Of a stretch of 64,000 nucleotides of DNA, positions 14,466 to 27,457 are shown piece after piece. The stretch covers positions 2,728,001 to 2,792,000 of the forward strand of contig CP075494.1 of NCBI GenBank assembly GCA_021613535.1, read 5' to 3'. The stretch's first letter is position 1. Every line of letters starts with the position of its first letter. The DNA is from Adineta vaga (taxonomy: Eukaryota; Animalia; Rotifera). The translations under genes and the position numbers were made by a program. The notes below the pieces were generated by a model. That model made no database searches. It saw only the letters and a program-made list of their open reading frames with translations, and was not told the origin of the DNA.

Positions 14466-15841
14466 TGTCTAAAGAAAAGGAAATTTGTCAGTAAAGAATG
14501 TTTTACATCTTAAATATTAAAATAAATTCTTTAATATATTTACTTAATATTTTATTGATGATGATGAAACATAGAAAAATTGTAGATTTTAATAACATTT
14601 TTCATTGATCATTTTTTAACATTAGAAATTTGGAATTTTTTTCTTTATGACGTTTATTATTTGAAATCCTTTTCTTCTTATTTATCTACAATTCTACGAT
14701 ATAATTCCGTGTAATCTAGTGACGAACATGATCAATTTATTTGTTCACGTATTTTTTTGGATAAAACGTTAAAATAATCGATTCATGTCACAGACTATCA
14801 ATTACAAATAATATTTGAATTTATTATTTATTAAAATATATTTATTTTGTTTTTTTGTCATATTTCTTTTTATCTCTAAACAGGTCATCATTTTTACTTA
14901 CAGTATATAGTAGTCAAAATATCTTGCACAAAATGAAACCTTTTTGCATGATCATTTTCTTTTCTGTACATTTACATTCAATCATGAGGCTAACAATTGA
15001 TTTAAAAGATTATCATATAAAAGTATTATACTACTGTAATCAACAGAGAAACGGCGGATTCCCTGGATCCCCGGATCCCTCGGAGTACGATGAGAATCCG
15101 AAAAATCTCGGGAGTACCATGTCAATCCGAAGAGTACAGTGGAAATCCCGGGAATAGCATAAGAATCCCAAAAATACAAAAAAAATTCTAAGCATTTTTC
15201 AAAACAATTAAGTTAATATAACGAAGATATAAGTCTTCAACATACAAGATAAAAATGCCATACGAAATTTCAATAAAACTTTCACAGTTGCGCATAATTG
15301 CGATTAAAAAATCGCAGTTGCGACGAAATAATCGCATTTTCCCACAATCTTGCTTTCCATTATTCCGCTAATAATTGATGAATAAACCGCCAAAATAAGT
15401 GGAAAGTATGTTACATTCTGTGATATTTATTGAACATTTACAAACAGACAAAAAATTGTGCAACAAAAACAATTATTAGTAAACGGACTAAATGTACAAA
15501 TCCTGTTGAATGACAGGAAGGAAGCGATTTTTAGCGATTGTGACCGCTCTTACTCAGACATAACTAACACTCACCCACCCACCAATCACCAATTGACGGC
15601 AAGCACTTGTCACCCATCGACAACAGTCACGCGTCCATTAACCACCGAAAACACCTACCGATGACTCATCAACACCATTCACCCACTCTTCATCCATCGC
15701 GAATAACCACCAGATACTTATTACTTGACAAAATAGCATCTAGAACGTCATAAATCAGAAAAACGATATTTCAAGGTGGGAACTGATGAATGTCCAATAA
15801 AACACATTTTTACTTTGTTTAAGGGTCTCACCGATTGTATA

Positions 15842-15894
15842 TCTCCTGAGGATGAGGCTATATTCTTAACCCACATCCTCAAGATAGATTTGGT
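15842..15894. repeat. Telomere-motif palindromic short element, copy 3
   Basis: TCTCCTGAGGATGAGG...ACCCACATCCTCAAGAT. Confidence 0.7.
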
Positions 15895-16144
15895 TGCAGG
15901 AAGAATTTTCCTTCGATTTTGATTTGATTCCAGATCTATTTTTGATATATTCGAACGAAGTTTATAGATAGATTCATTTTCAAAACAAGATCTGAATGGA
16001 ATATAGATCTTGGTGATGAAAAATACAATTTCATATCAACGAATAGATTGTGTTTATTTTGTTACAGAATATGTGTCGAAAAACTAATATACAAATTTGT
16101 TTTTTTAAATATAGAATATATATTTTATTCTCTATATATATGGT

Positions 16145-16522
16145 TCAAACTGGAAGAATAACAGTTGCCGTTGTATTTTCATCACCTTTGATTCGAATTG
16201 TTGCACCAGAATAATAATTAGTATTTAATCCAAGTGTTTCAATGCCAAATGACACTCGATGAAGCAAGAGAGCTTCACAAAGATCATCTTCTACTAAATC
16301 AATTAATTTAGCACCACATTGAACTGGAAAACTTTCAAGGCAAGCACCTATTTTAAGTTCAAATTTATGTTCTTTACAACCACCGCCATATTGAATATCA
16401 ATATCGATTGATTTAGTTTGATCGTTGTAATTCGCAGCTCGAATGGAAGGCATCTTTTCTCCATTTATCATTGAAAAACAAACGACAAAAATCATAATAC
16501 ATTTTGGTAGTTGATTAGCCAT
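16145..16522 (-). CDS. Small secreted protein, bacterial-type (NigD C-terminal-like YGGGC..H.F.L motif); HGT candidate
   Basis: Intronless 125 aa with signal peptide and YGGGCKEHKFELKIGACLESFPVQC...DLCEA; paralog at 60361. Confidence 0.75.
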   Translation of the reverse strand: MANQLPKCIMIFVVCFSMINGEKMPSIRAANYNDQTKSIDIDIQYGGGCKEHKFELKIGACLESFPVQCGAKLIDLVEDDLCEALLLHRVSFGIETLGLNTNYYSGATIRIKGDENTTATVILPV

Positions 16523-16863
16523 GAAATCGAGAGTTCTATATGATATATCATCAATCCAAATATGAAAAGGAAAATGTTGTTAAAGGTGCTTACCTTGAAG
16601 TTTTCTTGACGCGAAGAAGAATACTTTCCTTTTGTAAATTTGATTAGTTTATTCACGAGAAAAACGTTGCCTTTTATATCACAATGTCATTCATGACAAC
16701 AAAGGAAAAGAAAACAAAAGATAGGTTACAATCCTATTGGTTAATTCATATTGAATTAAGTCAGTGTGAGAGTAAGGGGTCAATTATACAGAGACAAATA
16801 ATTCAGTTTGAAGTTGAATTAAAACATCTTGAGAATGTGAATGAACATTCTTTTTGAGTGTGT

Positions 16864-17844
16864 TCACACATTAGCTGGACTAATTGTATTCAAAGCAATT
16901 GTTTGTTGTCTATTAACTTTCTTGAATTTTGCTCGAATCTCTGGTAGACCAATTAATGCTAGTAATGGTGATGCAAAAGTAGTGAAATATGGCAAATAAT
17001 GAATAATAACATCAATAAATTGTTGAGCAAATGATGGATCATAAAAATCTTGTCCTAAAATAATAACAACCCATGGTATCCATGTTGCTAAACTCAAAAA
17101 ACTTATAGCTAATAATTGTAAAATCATTCGTCGATTTTTTTTCAATATATTTGGTACTACTACTGTTGGTAAAATATGTTGTTTATGAATAATAACACGA
17201 AAAATAATCAATAAATTAAAAATCAATATAATAAATGGTGGTAACATCACATCAATAATTGTATCATAAATATTTAGAATAAAATTGCTAAAATAACATG
17301 CTCCTCCACAAACGAATACATTTAAATCATATTGATGATTTGTTTGACATGGAATCAATAGAACAAGATATGCATTTATACCTATTGTATATAAACAAAC
17401 AATTGTCATTGGAATATAATGTAACAATTTCTTGTATTTCATCATAAAATGTTTATGAAATACTAATAGATAACGTTCAATTGAAGCATACATTGTTAGA
17501 AATAATGGCAGAGCTTCAGAAGTATAATTCCAAAATATCCAAAATTGACATATATTTGATGTTTGTATATATCCTAATGAAAGAAATTGTAATGTAAATG
17601 GTAATTCAGTTGTAATTATTAGAAAATCACTGATTAAAATGCATAAAATAACATGATGATTAATACGATCAAAAAGCAATGTTTTTCGTAGACGAATAAA
17701 ATAATAAAAGACAATAAGAAAACAGATTAAAGATGGAATAGCAAATGTGCCTAATAATGATAGTGTAATCATGCGCTGTTTTAAACTAATTCTAGACGAC
17801 ATATCGTCCACTATCGATGTTGTGTTGTAAATTTGATTATTCAT
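16864..17844 (-). CDS. Rhodopsin-like (class A) GPCR
   Basis: 326 aa, seven hydrophobic segments, SIERY motif, extracellular Cys, intronless. Confidence 0.85.
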   Translation of the reverse strand: MNNQIYNTTSIVDDMSSRISLKQRMITLSLLGTFAIPSLICFLIVFYYFIRLRKTLLFDRINHHVILCILISDFLIITTELPFTLQFLSLGYIQTSNICQFWIFWNYTSEALPLFLTMYASIERYLLVFHKHFMMKYKKLLHYIPMTIVCLYTIGINAYLVLLIPCQTNHQYDLNVFVCGGACYFSNFILNIYDTIIDVMLPPFIILIFNLLIIFRVIIHKQHILPTVVVPNILKKNRRMILQLLAISFLSLATWIPWVVIILGQDFYDPSFAQQFIDVIIHYLPYFTTFASPLLALIGLPEIRAKFKKVNRQQTIALNTISPANV

Positions 17845-18894
17845 GTTGATCTCAAGAAAATCTTTTCCTTGTTCTTATAATTTAGTATCCTTTAGAAAAT
17901 GAGAACAAAAAAAAGAGAGAAAGTACTATTTCATACGAAACAAAAATGTCAGGACTATCTTGCCTAAGGCGATCTTATTATTATTTCTATTTTTAATCTC
18001 GATTATATTAAGAGGCGAAGTCTTTCTGACAATCCTTATATCTTTTCCTTTTGAATAATAAAAATAATGAAAAAAAGTCATTCTTACCAACGTAAGTGGA
18101 AAAGCTTATTAGAATTCGACCAGAAAACAATTAAATATTTTACAGGTGGTTTTTTTTTAAACGACAACTTGTGACGAAGAAAAAAAGACTTCGTAATACC
18201 TAATATCGTTCAAAAAATAAACATTTTGCCTTTAGCATTCTCAGAAATAACAAGACACAATTTGACCTGTATCAATGATACGACAGAAACGAGTAGAAAT
18301 ATAAAAATCGCTAATAAAAACTTTTTGTTTTAAAGTAATACAAGAATTTAAATATACAACTATCTTAACGATATCACTTCGACTCGTACCTCATCAACCT
18401 ACGGAACATTGAGAATTCTTTACTCCACATCCAGTATCGTTATACATGAAAAAGGGTTAATAGAAAGAAATGCTCGTATTCTTTTATTTCATGTTTTATT
18501 TGTACCACTAGATCATTTTTCCCGCGTCTATTTTGAAATGATCAATCCAGCAAATGTTCTGAAGAGTTCTGAATGTTCCATGAGTTGATGAACAAAGAGT
18601 AGAAGTGGTACTAATAAGATGCCTCTTTCCGAATACATCTTGAAAACTCAATATCTCCGAAATAAAGGCGCAAGGGCATGAATCCTCTTGAGGTTTTTCA
18701 TGCTTCATTTGAGGTCTATCTATCATCAAAAGATGGGATCAGAAGGGCTTGAACAGCTAAATATGTTCCCTCTCGTGAATCGAAAAATTTCAACTTTCCA
18801 AATATCGAGTGATAATGTGATAAAATGGTTATATGAACAACTAGAAACCATTTTGTATAGAGTTTTGTGCTATAGTAACCAATTAAAGAGTATT

Positions 18895-19251
18895 TACACC
18901 CTCTTTATTATAGTATCTCCCGAGTATTCTTTTTTTTTAATCTGAAAAAATGTAAAATTAAAAGTAAGACAAGATATGTTGAATGCAACTACATGACTGA
19001 TGTTGATTATGAAAATATATGAGTATTAAGTGAAGTTTAGACGAATAACTAAGATTTTTCCGTTTTTGCTCAATAAGTATGAAACCATAAGGGTATAAGA
19101 CTTCGTAAATTTGGATTGATTTTTTCAAATGTTTTAAGTAACTAAAACTAAATCAAAAGTAGATGAATCCGTCTCAATAGACACCTTGAAAATATTATAC
19201 TCGATTCAAATTGTGAGAGAATACGATGATCGATTTAATAAATGGTGTGTA
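18895..19251. mobile_element. MITE with TA-flanked TIRs (Tc1/mariner-like non-autonomous)
   Basis: TACACCCTCTTTATTA ... TAATAAATGGTGTGTA inverted termini. Confidence 0.5.
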
Positions 19252-19463
19252 AAAACCACTATATAGAAGGACATCTATTGAAAATTCTATCTATATATAA
19301 CGAATGGAAAGAAAATATGGACGATGAATTCAAATTTGGTTCACTTCTGACGATCAAGAAATATCAAATTGGTATTGAAAAATGAAAGAAATGAAAAGAT
19401 TAGATAATAATAAAAGACAAAAATTATCTTGTAGAATAAGTTTTTTTCTTTTAAAAAAATAAT

Positions 19464-19503
19464 TGGGTGTGGGTGATAGTTGTATGCGACACCCTCATTA
19501 CTC
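19464..19503. repeat. Telomere-motif palindromic short element, degenerate copy
   Basis: TGGGTGTGGGTG...ACACCCTCA. Confidence 0.5.
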
Positions 19504-20517
19504 ATAGAAGAAAGAAAAGAAACTGTGACGATTCTATTTGAATGATTTGCGTATAGTTTAACGATTAATTTAATATAAGGAAGAACGAGATTCCAGTTGC
19601 ACAGTTCTTTTTTTGTAATCATTCAATGGATATTTATAGAAACTATTAATCAGATGATTGCACAGAACATACGAATAAATCTTGAATAACATGAAAGAAA
19701 ATAAATAACATAAATTATGTATTTCTAAGGAAGTAGGATGAGTGAGTAAATTTCATAGGATTAAATACATGACATACACAAGATTTTACTTTACGAAAAG
19801 ATCTTTAGAATAGTTTATCTAAATGAAAAAAAGAAGTAAAACTAAAAATATCCATTTAATTATGGTTTTTGTTTCTCATTACGTATTTATTTTCGTTATT
19901 CTTTATATTAAATCGATTGTTAAATTACGCAATTCGTTTACTTCCTTTTTTTTCTTCTATAAATACTCGGAGAAATGCTGTTCATCTAAAACAACCTTTC
20001 TTATCAATTAATATTTGTTGTTCATGCAATTCTTTCAAATATTATTCAATCAATAACAAAATTCTTAACAATTTCAATCGTTCTCATTTTGATTATTTTT
20101 CAAATGACAATTTATGGTCAAGATTGTATTATTAATTGTAATAATGGTTATTGTTATGGAAAATCAGCGCGATCAACTATCAATGATTTGAAAACAGGCC
20201 CTGTTGATGCTGCTTTTAAAGTCATCTAAACACAAATAACATTTATCTAATCATCATTTTCTGTATTATTCATATATTCTCTTTTCAAATAAAAAAGTAA
20301 TATCAGTGATGACACTATAGATGATGGTTAACCATCCGTTAGTATACTTTACGAATCGAACATTCTAACAACATTTACTTCATTTTGCATAGTCTTCATC
20401 TTTTATATTCATCTTATTGAGATGATTATTGACACCCTCAAGAATAATAATGTCATCTGTTATAGTTTTTTCTCTGTCAATATGTTTGATTAGTTACTTT
20501 TTTCATGAAATCCTTCT

Positions 20518-20746
20518 AAATTATAGATCAAAGATCATGACTGCAATTTGTACTAGTAATACCATTCAAAATCGTATGCTTTGGCGCACTCCCGAAATCT
20601 TATTTCGACTATTCTCTCACGTTGAATATCTTGATATGCCCATCGATCGAACTCGTCAGGTGTTTGTTACAATTAACAGACTTGACTTTCTCAAAAGTGA
20701 CATATTCCATACTCAGAATGATTCATATGAGACTTTTTTCTGGTAA
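20518..20746 (+). pseudogene. Fragment resembling the C-terminus of rotifer F-box/LRR proteins
   Basis: LFRLFSHVEYLDMPI...INRLDFLKS parallels LARLFPNVEVLHVKS...MDRLENLSN in the 21643 ORF. Confidence 0.4.
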
Positions 20747-21219
20747 GTTTTAGATTCGTGTCTATCGTATTTATCGTGATATTATATTTCTTTTAGGTAG
20801 AATATATTCTTCAAAAAAATCATTCCAAGTCGTGACTTTTTAGTTTCTATTGATACGATTTTAATTTAGAAAAAAATAGAGCATTTACAAAATCCATTTC
20901 ATCTTCACGAAATCTAGAAACTAGTTTTTTCCTCCTTGATTAAATAGTTCAAGTAGAATAATTTCTAAATAAACGTTTTATAAAACCCAATAGTGCCTTC
21001 AACTCGATTTTATCATCCATGCAAAAAAAATGAACAATCCACCGGCGAGAACATATGGAAAAATATGGAACACTATGACAGACGAGAATAAATATTTCAA
21101 AATGTCAAAACCATTCACTACTATCCAACTGATAAACATAAATGCAATTATTTCATTCGAAATAGACGAAAGAACTTGATTTCAAAAACATTGATAAATC
21201 CATATAAACACCGGATATA

Positions 21220-23398
21220 TCAATAACATGTAAAAATTAAATAATAGATAATTAGAAGCTCCGTCGAATGTAAATTGCAAAGAATACATAAAAAACAATA
21301 TATATTATAAATATACAGTGAAGTGTAAGCTCCAGTGATCATATGATTGTATATTGTCAATAAACAAATTCTCAAAAGCATGATTACGTTTCTTAACAGT
21401 GGATCGATAGAACTACCGGATGCCATAAACAATAAAAATTCAGCTAAGAATAGAAATAATAGAATGCCCCATTGACCTGCAGGATGTAATAAAGCATATA
21501 TAATAAAGAAAAACATAGTTGCATCAAGTACGACGTATTGAAATAGTTTTGAAAAGATATTGTGTTCAATAAAGTGATTTAGACGATAATACCTATCTCC
21601 TCGTTGTGGAAACCAATATTTCTCGTGAGAGGATTTTCGTTTCTAAATAAAAGAATAGAATATAAATAAGAATATATTGCTGACACAACAAAGACTCACC
21701 TGTTTATCAATCCAAAAATGACAATCTGTAATATGATTCTGAATAGTTGTTGGTAAAGATGTACATCGACAGGAAAATGTTTCATTTTTCAAATATCGTG
21801 TTTCATCAATAATCGTCTTAATCATACTGCTCTCGGTTTCGTTTTCTTGATTCAATACTGACTTTGTTGTCACAAGTTGAAATGTTGCATTGGATAAGTT
21901 CTCTAATCGATCCATCAATCGAGCAATACCTATTTTCCATTGAATAGATTTCACATGTAAAACTTCAACATTTGGAAAAAGTCGAGCAAGGTGTCCGAGA
22001 GTAGAGAAATCGTTGTAGATTAGAGGTTCAGTAATTTCGAGTATTCGAATTTGTCCCAAAGAAATATTTTCAGTTTCGTCGAGAAATTTCGCAAGTTCAC
22101 AGGTAATTGATAGTTGTCGTAGACGCGGTAATAACGTTAACAAAAATAAAACTGTCAAACGATCGATGATTGTTGATAGAATTAAAGTTTCAATTTGATT
22201 TAAATCGATGAATATAGACAAATTCTGATGAGAATTGGACACTTTCAGTTCTAAACTTTTGACATGACGAAAATAACCTTGAAGAGTTCTTGTTGAATTA
22301 GTAATACTGAGCTGATTAATATGATTAAAGAATATATCATCATTAGGTGCTGTAGTATACACTGGTGGCAGAAAAGATGTATCAGTACAAGTGTCGGAGA
22401 AGTATGGAACTGAATATAAACATTCCCATGTACAAGCAACAAACCATTGTTTTTCACGAATCCAGAACGGTGTTCGAAATGAGTGAAGAATATCTTCAAT
22501 CCAGTCAATCTGTACAAAAAATTTGAATTCAAACATGATCAATCGACGAGTTAATCTTTCCCATGCATAACCATTGATAAGATCAATTGATCCACTAGTC
22601 AATAATTCAAGATATTGAAGTCGAGGTAAGTTTACCATTAATTGCTTCATTTGATCCATAGAAACAGGATTATCTAAACAAAATAGCATTTACTTATTCT
22701 TTTTTCAAAGAGAATACCTTTTAGTACTAACCGTTAAAATGCAGGACTAGACGTATCAATCGCTGTGCTGGTAACAACAATTGATGATTTGTATTGAACA
22801 TTACGTTATTAATTTTGAGAGATTGAAGTAATCGTGCGGATGAAGAGATAGCTAAAAGTTCATTGATTGAACTTTGTGTCGCGGTTAAATGACGAAGATA
22901 TGGTAGAGAAGGTGTTTGTAATAGATTAGTACTAGCAATTTGCAATTCACTGGCATGGAATAATATCGGAATATGAGGCAATAGATTGACATTGGTCAAT
23001 TCAATAGAGAGTCGATGAAAATCATTGAGCTTGCGTAAATATGGATAGATATGTAACCATGACTTATGTTCAATGTCAATTGCTTTGAGTAATCGAAGTC
23101 CGGTAAAATCTGTGATTTGATAACGTGAAAAAAATAATTCAGATTGACCGGGTGTATCATTCTGATCAGATAATGTCAATGAAATAACATGATTAGGTGA
23201 AATACGACTACAGACAAGATCGAAATGAGATCTAGGAATTGACTTGAACTCAAATTGATAAGATGGATAAGTTGATGAAATGGTATCAAATGTTGAATTC
23301 AAATTGGAAAAGGTCAGAAGAATATCATGAGCGGATAAATAATCGAAAATAGTGTAGATAATCTCTAAAGGCAAATGATCGAGACGAAGATCATTCAT
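21220..23398 (-). CDS. F-box + leucine-rich-repeat protein (multi-exon)
   Basis: N-terminal LDHLPLEIIYTIFDYL F-box, LRR-like segments, SFRTPFW...WFVAC and LYSVPYF family motifs; the hydrophobic last exon is less certain. Confidence 0.75.
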
Positions 23399-23873
23399 GT
23401 TGCGATGATGTTAACAAATAAAGGACACAACACGTCTTATTCTGTTTGATGAAATCTTCTTAGGAGAATTGTTTCGATAATCTACTGCCAGAAGTATTTA
23501 TCAAATTTTAAAATTTTTCTTTTCTTTATATATTTTCACCTTTTTCGTTCTTCTGTCTATTTTCGCTTGGCAATTTCACATCGATACACCTACTCGCGAA
23601 AAGTGATACAGTATTGACTTAATATCTAATTATCGGTAGTAACACAATCATATGAAAGGAATTGGCTGTTTTAAGAGATTCGGTTACTCTTTCGAGAGCA
23701 AAATCAAATGTTACAATGATATCCAAGAGAAAGAAATATCACAGATTCTTTTGTAAATATGATTAGAAAATGAATCATTTCGTCATGCGTTAATCTCCAC
23801 AGAACTCTTATGAATATGTTGGTAATTTCCATATGATATTGTTTCCTAGTCTTGTTAGCAAATATGTTGATGA

Positions 23874-23936
23874 ATCTTGAGGGGTGGGTGTGGGTGGTTA
23901 TATTATTTCTTACCAACACTGTCACATACTCAAGAT
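23874..23936. repeat. Telomere-motif palindromic short element
   Basis: ATCTTGAGGGGTGGGTGTGGGTGG ... CACATACTCAAGAT. Confidence 0.7.
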
Positions 23937-24193
23937 GGATAAAATCATAAGAAATATATTAGAGTATGAATTTTTCTGATATAACTATATCATTCAGGTC
24001 TATTCTTCTTAGAATCTCGCTTGGTCACGATTAATTCATTTAAGTCATATGATGAGCTGCTAGAAACGCTTTGTCAGTAATTCAGATTTATCTTTGAAAA
24101 TTCACCCATTCACGCTCAAGAGAAGCAGGAAAAAAAATGAAAGCGTCGATATTTTCTTATACAATTTTCTTTAAAAAAAATCATCCTTTTCTA

Positions 24194-25801
24194 TCACCCC
24201 AACCGGTTCGATAGCATATTCTTCATTATAGCTTGTACTTGGTGATAAATATGACGCATGCATTCTGGAATTAATTTATCGGATTTATGGAACAGCAGAC
24301 CTCGCATAGCATCGTCAAAGGGAGCTTGAATGTCTGTTGTATCGACATGATTAAGCAGCAATTGGGAATCTATTTCCGTACAAAATTTATCCACTGTTCG
24401 AGCGCGATCAAGCCAAGTAGACTCTCTAAGCACTTTCTCTTTTGCTCTTTCTGCAAAACGCTCAGCAAGATGTTTGTTTTCTAACAAGCGTTTTACTTGT
24501 TTAGCAATATCTTCTGGCTGAAGTGGATCTGCGTAAAGAACATGCACGTTGTCTTTTAAAATATCGCAAGCTCCTGCTCTCTGCGACATTACAATAGGAA
24601 TATGAGTAGCGGCTGCCTCTTGTATTGCGAGTCCAAATGGTTCAAGATGCGCGGCATGAAGATAAATATCTGAGACATTTAGCCATGCGTTGATCATCTT
24701 CTGGGTACCATGACCTAGAAAAAAGATTCTATCGTCAAACCCATGTTGACGCGCGTAATCAAATGATTGTTGGTAGACTGCTTTTTCTTCAGTTGTTCGA
24801 GGCGGAATATTGCCACCTATATAGACATATATAGCTTGAGGAATGTCTCGAATTAGGTGTCTCATCGACTTAACGGCTTCGATAATGCCCTTGGCAAAGA
24901 CGAAACGGCCAAATCCAAGCACAATTTTCCCATTTTGAATAATCTGTTGATGACGCTTTCCAATGATACCGATATGATCCTGAATGAGGTTTATTCTTTT
25001 CAAGTATTTTTCTTCAACGGTATAATTAAATGAATGAAACCTATTTTGATCGAAGCCACCTGGGATTATCTGAATTCTATCTTTCGCATAATGATATTTA
25101 TCACACAACATGATGGCATGGACATGACTAACTGGTATGATACCGTTGAGTCTCTTCATGGCTGTCAGTTCGCATTGAAAGCGACATGTTAAGTTGGAAG
25201 CTTCAATGGCTTGGCGATATACTTTACTTAGATGTATGTCTTTATTTGTCATATTGCTCAGCCTTTCTTCTGCTTTAATCTTTGTTAGCAGACAATCAGC
25301 TTTCTCCAGGGCAAGCGAATGAGTGATGCCAAACGTCGTACGATAACGACCATCATGTTGTAACATCATTTCCTTCACTACAACCGCCATAAACATGCCA
25401 TCTGCATAATGCCCAATAATATAGTCATAATCATTATCTTTAATTATGTCGAATGCTCGTGCCAAATATTCACAGTAGTAAGGATAGAAATGTTCTTTCT
25501 CGATTTTTCCATCCGCTAATGTTGGCACATGAATAATACGAACACTCGAACAGTCGGACATTATTTCAATCATTATCTGATGAGGCATTTCGAAATCGAT
25601 GTTGTTATAATTTCGTGCATAAATATCGACACGATGACCTAGTTGGCCAAGTGCTCGAGAGATTTCGACTGCATAAATAACTTGACCACCGTTTTCTGCA
25701 GTCGAACCTTGACGACGAACGTACAAGTAGTCCTTAAGAAGAAGTGTTCCTTGTGGGCAGAAAAATGCATAGTTCTTTGATTTAGTGGCATGTTTTTCCA
25801 T
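24194..25801 (-). CDS. GT4 (GT-B) glycosyltransferase, sucrose-phosphate synthase/sucrose synthase-like; HGT candidate
   Basis: Intronless 535 aa; ENGGQVIYAVEISRAL, IIGHYADG, THSLALEK, GRFVFAKG and EPFGLAIQEAAA motifs; visibly more GC-rich than the flanks. Confidence 0.85.
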   Translation of the reverse strand: MEKHATKSKNYAFFCPQGTLLLKDYLYVRRQGSTAENGGQVIYAVEISRALGQLGHRVDIYARNYNNIDFEMPHQIMIEIMSDCSSVRIIHVPTLADGKIEKEHFYPYYCEYLARAFDIIKDNDYDYIIGHYADGMFMAVVVKEMMLQHDGRYRTTFGITHSLALEKADCLLTKIKAEERLSNMTNKDIHLSKVYRQAIEASNLTCRFQCELTAMKRLNGIIPVSHVHAIMLCDKYHYAKDRIQIIPGGFDQNRFHSFNYTVEEKYLKRINLIQDHIGIIGKRHQQIIQNGKIVLGFGRFVFAKGIIEAVKSMRHLIRDIPQAIYVYIGGNIPPRTTEEKAVYQQSFDYARQHGFDDRIFFLGHGTQKMINAWLNVSDIYLHAAHLEPFGLAIQEAAATHIPIVMSQRAGACDILKDNVHVLYADPLQPEDIAKQVKRLLENKHLAERFAERAKEKVLRESTWLDRARTVDKFCTEIDSQLLLNHVDTTDIQAPFDDAMRGLLFHKSDKLIPECMRHIYHQVQAIMKNMLSNRLG

Positions 25802-27457
25802 TATAAATGAACAGGACCGAGCAAGAGTTCAAGTAATTGGATAACAGAGAACAACAACAATCCAGCAAAGATCGAAAAAAAATGAGAAGCTATATACTGT
25901 ATAAAAAAAGGAATATATGAAAATATAACATATACTAAATCAGTTTTTTGTCTACATCAAGCTTTGATAAATCCTTAGATTCTAGAAAGAATTACATTAG
26001 GAGTCTGGGCTGATGAGGGAATATGAAAGAGAAAGATTACAGAGAACGCATATGGCACTATGACCACAGATAGCGTCACAAAATTGCATAAAGACTGATC
26101 CACCTTGAGGGTGGTCGAAGAGTTTAGAAAAATGGAGAATTATAAGTTCCACGGTCGATCCGTGAAAATCTTTGCGACATTTACTGAAATGATCATTTTA
26201 AGATACGTATGAAAAAACTTATATCAGCTACTTGCTTATACCTCACATGTATATTGTATGCAACCGAATGAAGAGAAAAATAAGCACATGTATGCATTAG
26301 ATACAAAAGGGAAAACAGAAGGAGACTGAAACTAGTAGAACGTGAAAGAGAGAATGTACGTATACAATACCAATCATCAATACATAACAGCGTGCTAGCA
26401 AAAGACACTGATTAACATAATTGACAGTTCATCATCATCTCATTTTATCAAACACTTTTTGTACTATATATTCACTTCAAATATCTAACTCTTACTTCAG
26501 AAGAGGTTACACAAAAAGCGCGCAAACTTTAAAAAGATTTCACTCTAATACTCTACTTTTTTCTAGTGACAATCATTTTTCACCTCATTTACTGTTTCCG
26601 TATATGTGTTGAAAATTCGATATTTTGAGAATAAAGACACGAGATGACGAATCCTTTGGAGGTTTTGCATATCTCATCGAAGTCATCTATTGGTAAGAGA
26701 TCTTATGCAAACGACTTTGTACACCTTAATATGCTCCCTCGTCAGCCATCTATGTCGTGAAAGAGACGTTTTTTTACGGAACGTTTACATTGCAGTAAGT
26801 CATAACTCAGTTAATCTATGATAAACTGTTGGGAAACTTTTACTATATAACACAGGTACAGAGTATAATAATATGCGCTGTTCGTGACTTGCTTAGGCTG
26901 TCTTTCGATTTTTCGTATGAGACGTAACTTACTTAAAAGTTGCAACTTACCTAGACATATGATGTTCTTACATACAGAACGAGAAAAAAGTATCGCAATG
27001 GATAGTTACTTTTACTTTTTGTTAGGATAAAAGAATGTGTTTTATGCTTCAATGATCGTGACACTGAAAAGAACAGAAAATGATACACGATTCACGTATT
27101 TATTTTATTTAAACTTGCAAGTCGTTTATATATTCATTTTTGTTGAACTTGAATAACCGTTGGATTATCTTTAAAGGTAAGTGTAATTATACTATTTAAA
27201 TATTGCGCTGTTCAAATGATACATTATCAAAGCAGAGCGTATTATTTCAATGAGATATTAGTTTAAAACTGAATTAAAGTAAGAAAATAGTATTGAATCG
27301 CGATAAAATGGTATCCTTGTTTCATTTCAACTCTCTCATAAACTGCTACTCATATTTATCTATATTTTGATTTGTAAAGAGTAATGAGTATGGTGTGAGA
27401 AAAGAAATATCATTTAAATATAATACATATGAGTACATATGATAGAATATATCAACG

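Noticed and set aside
15050-15170. GC-rich GGATCCC/ATCCCGGG cluster
   Set aside because: Probably a repeat remnant, but termini could not be defined and there is no regular spacer structure, so it is not a CRISPR array.
15775-15830. CTGATGA motif next to a telomere-like palindrome
   Set aside because: No GAAA or stem III follows and stem I cannot be formed.
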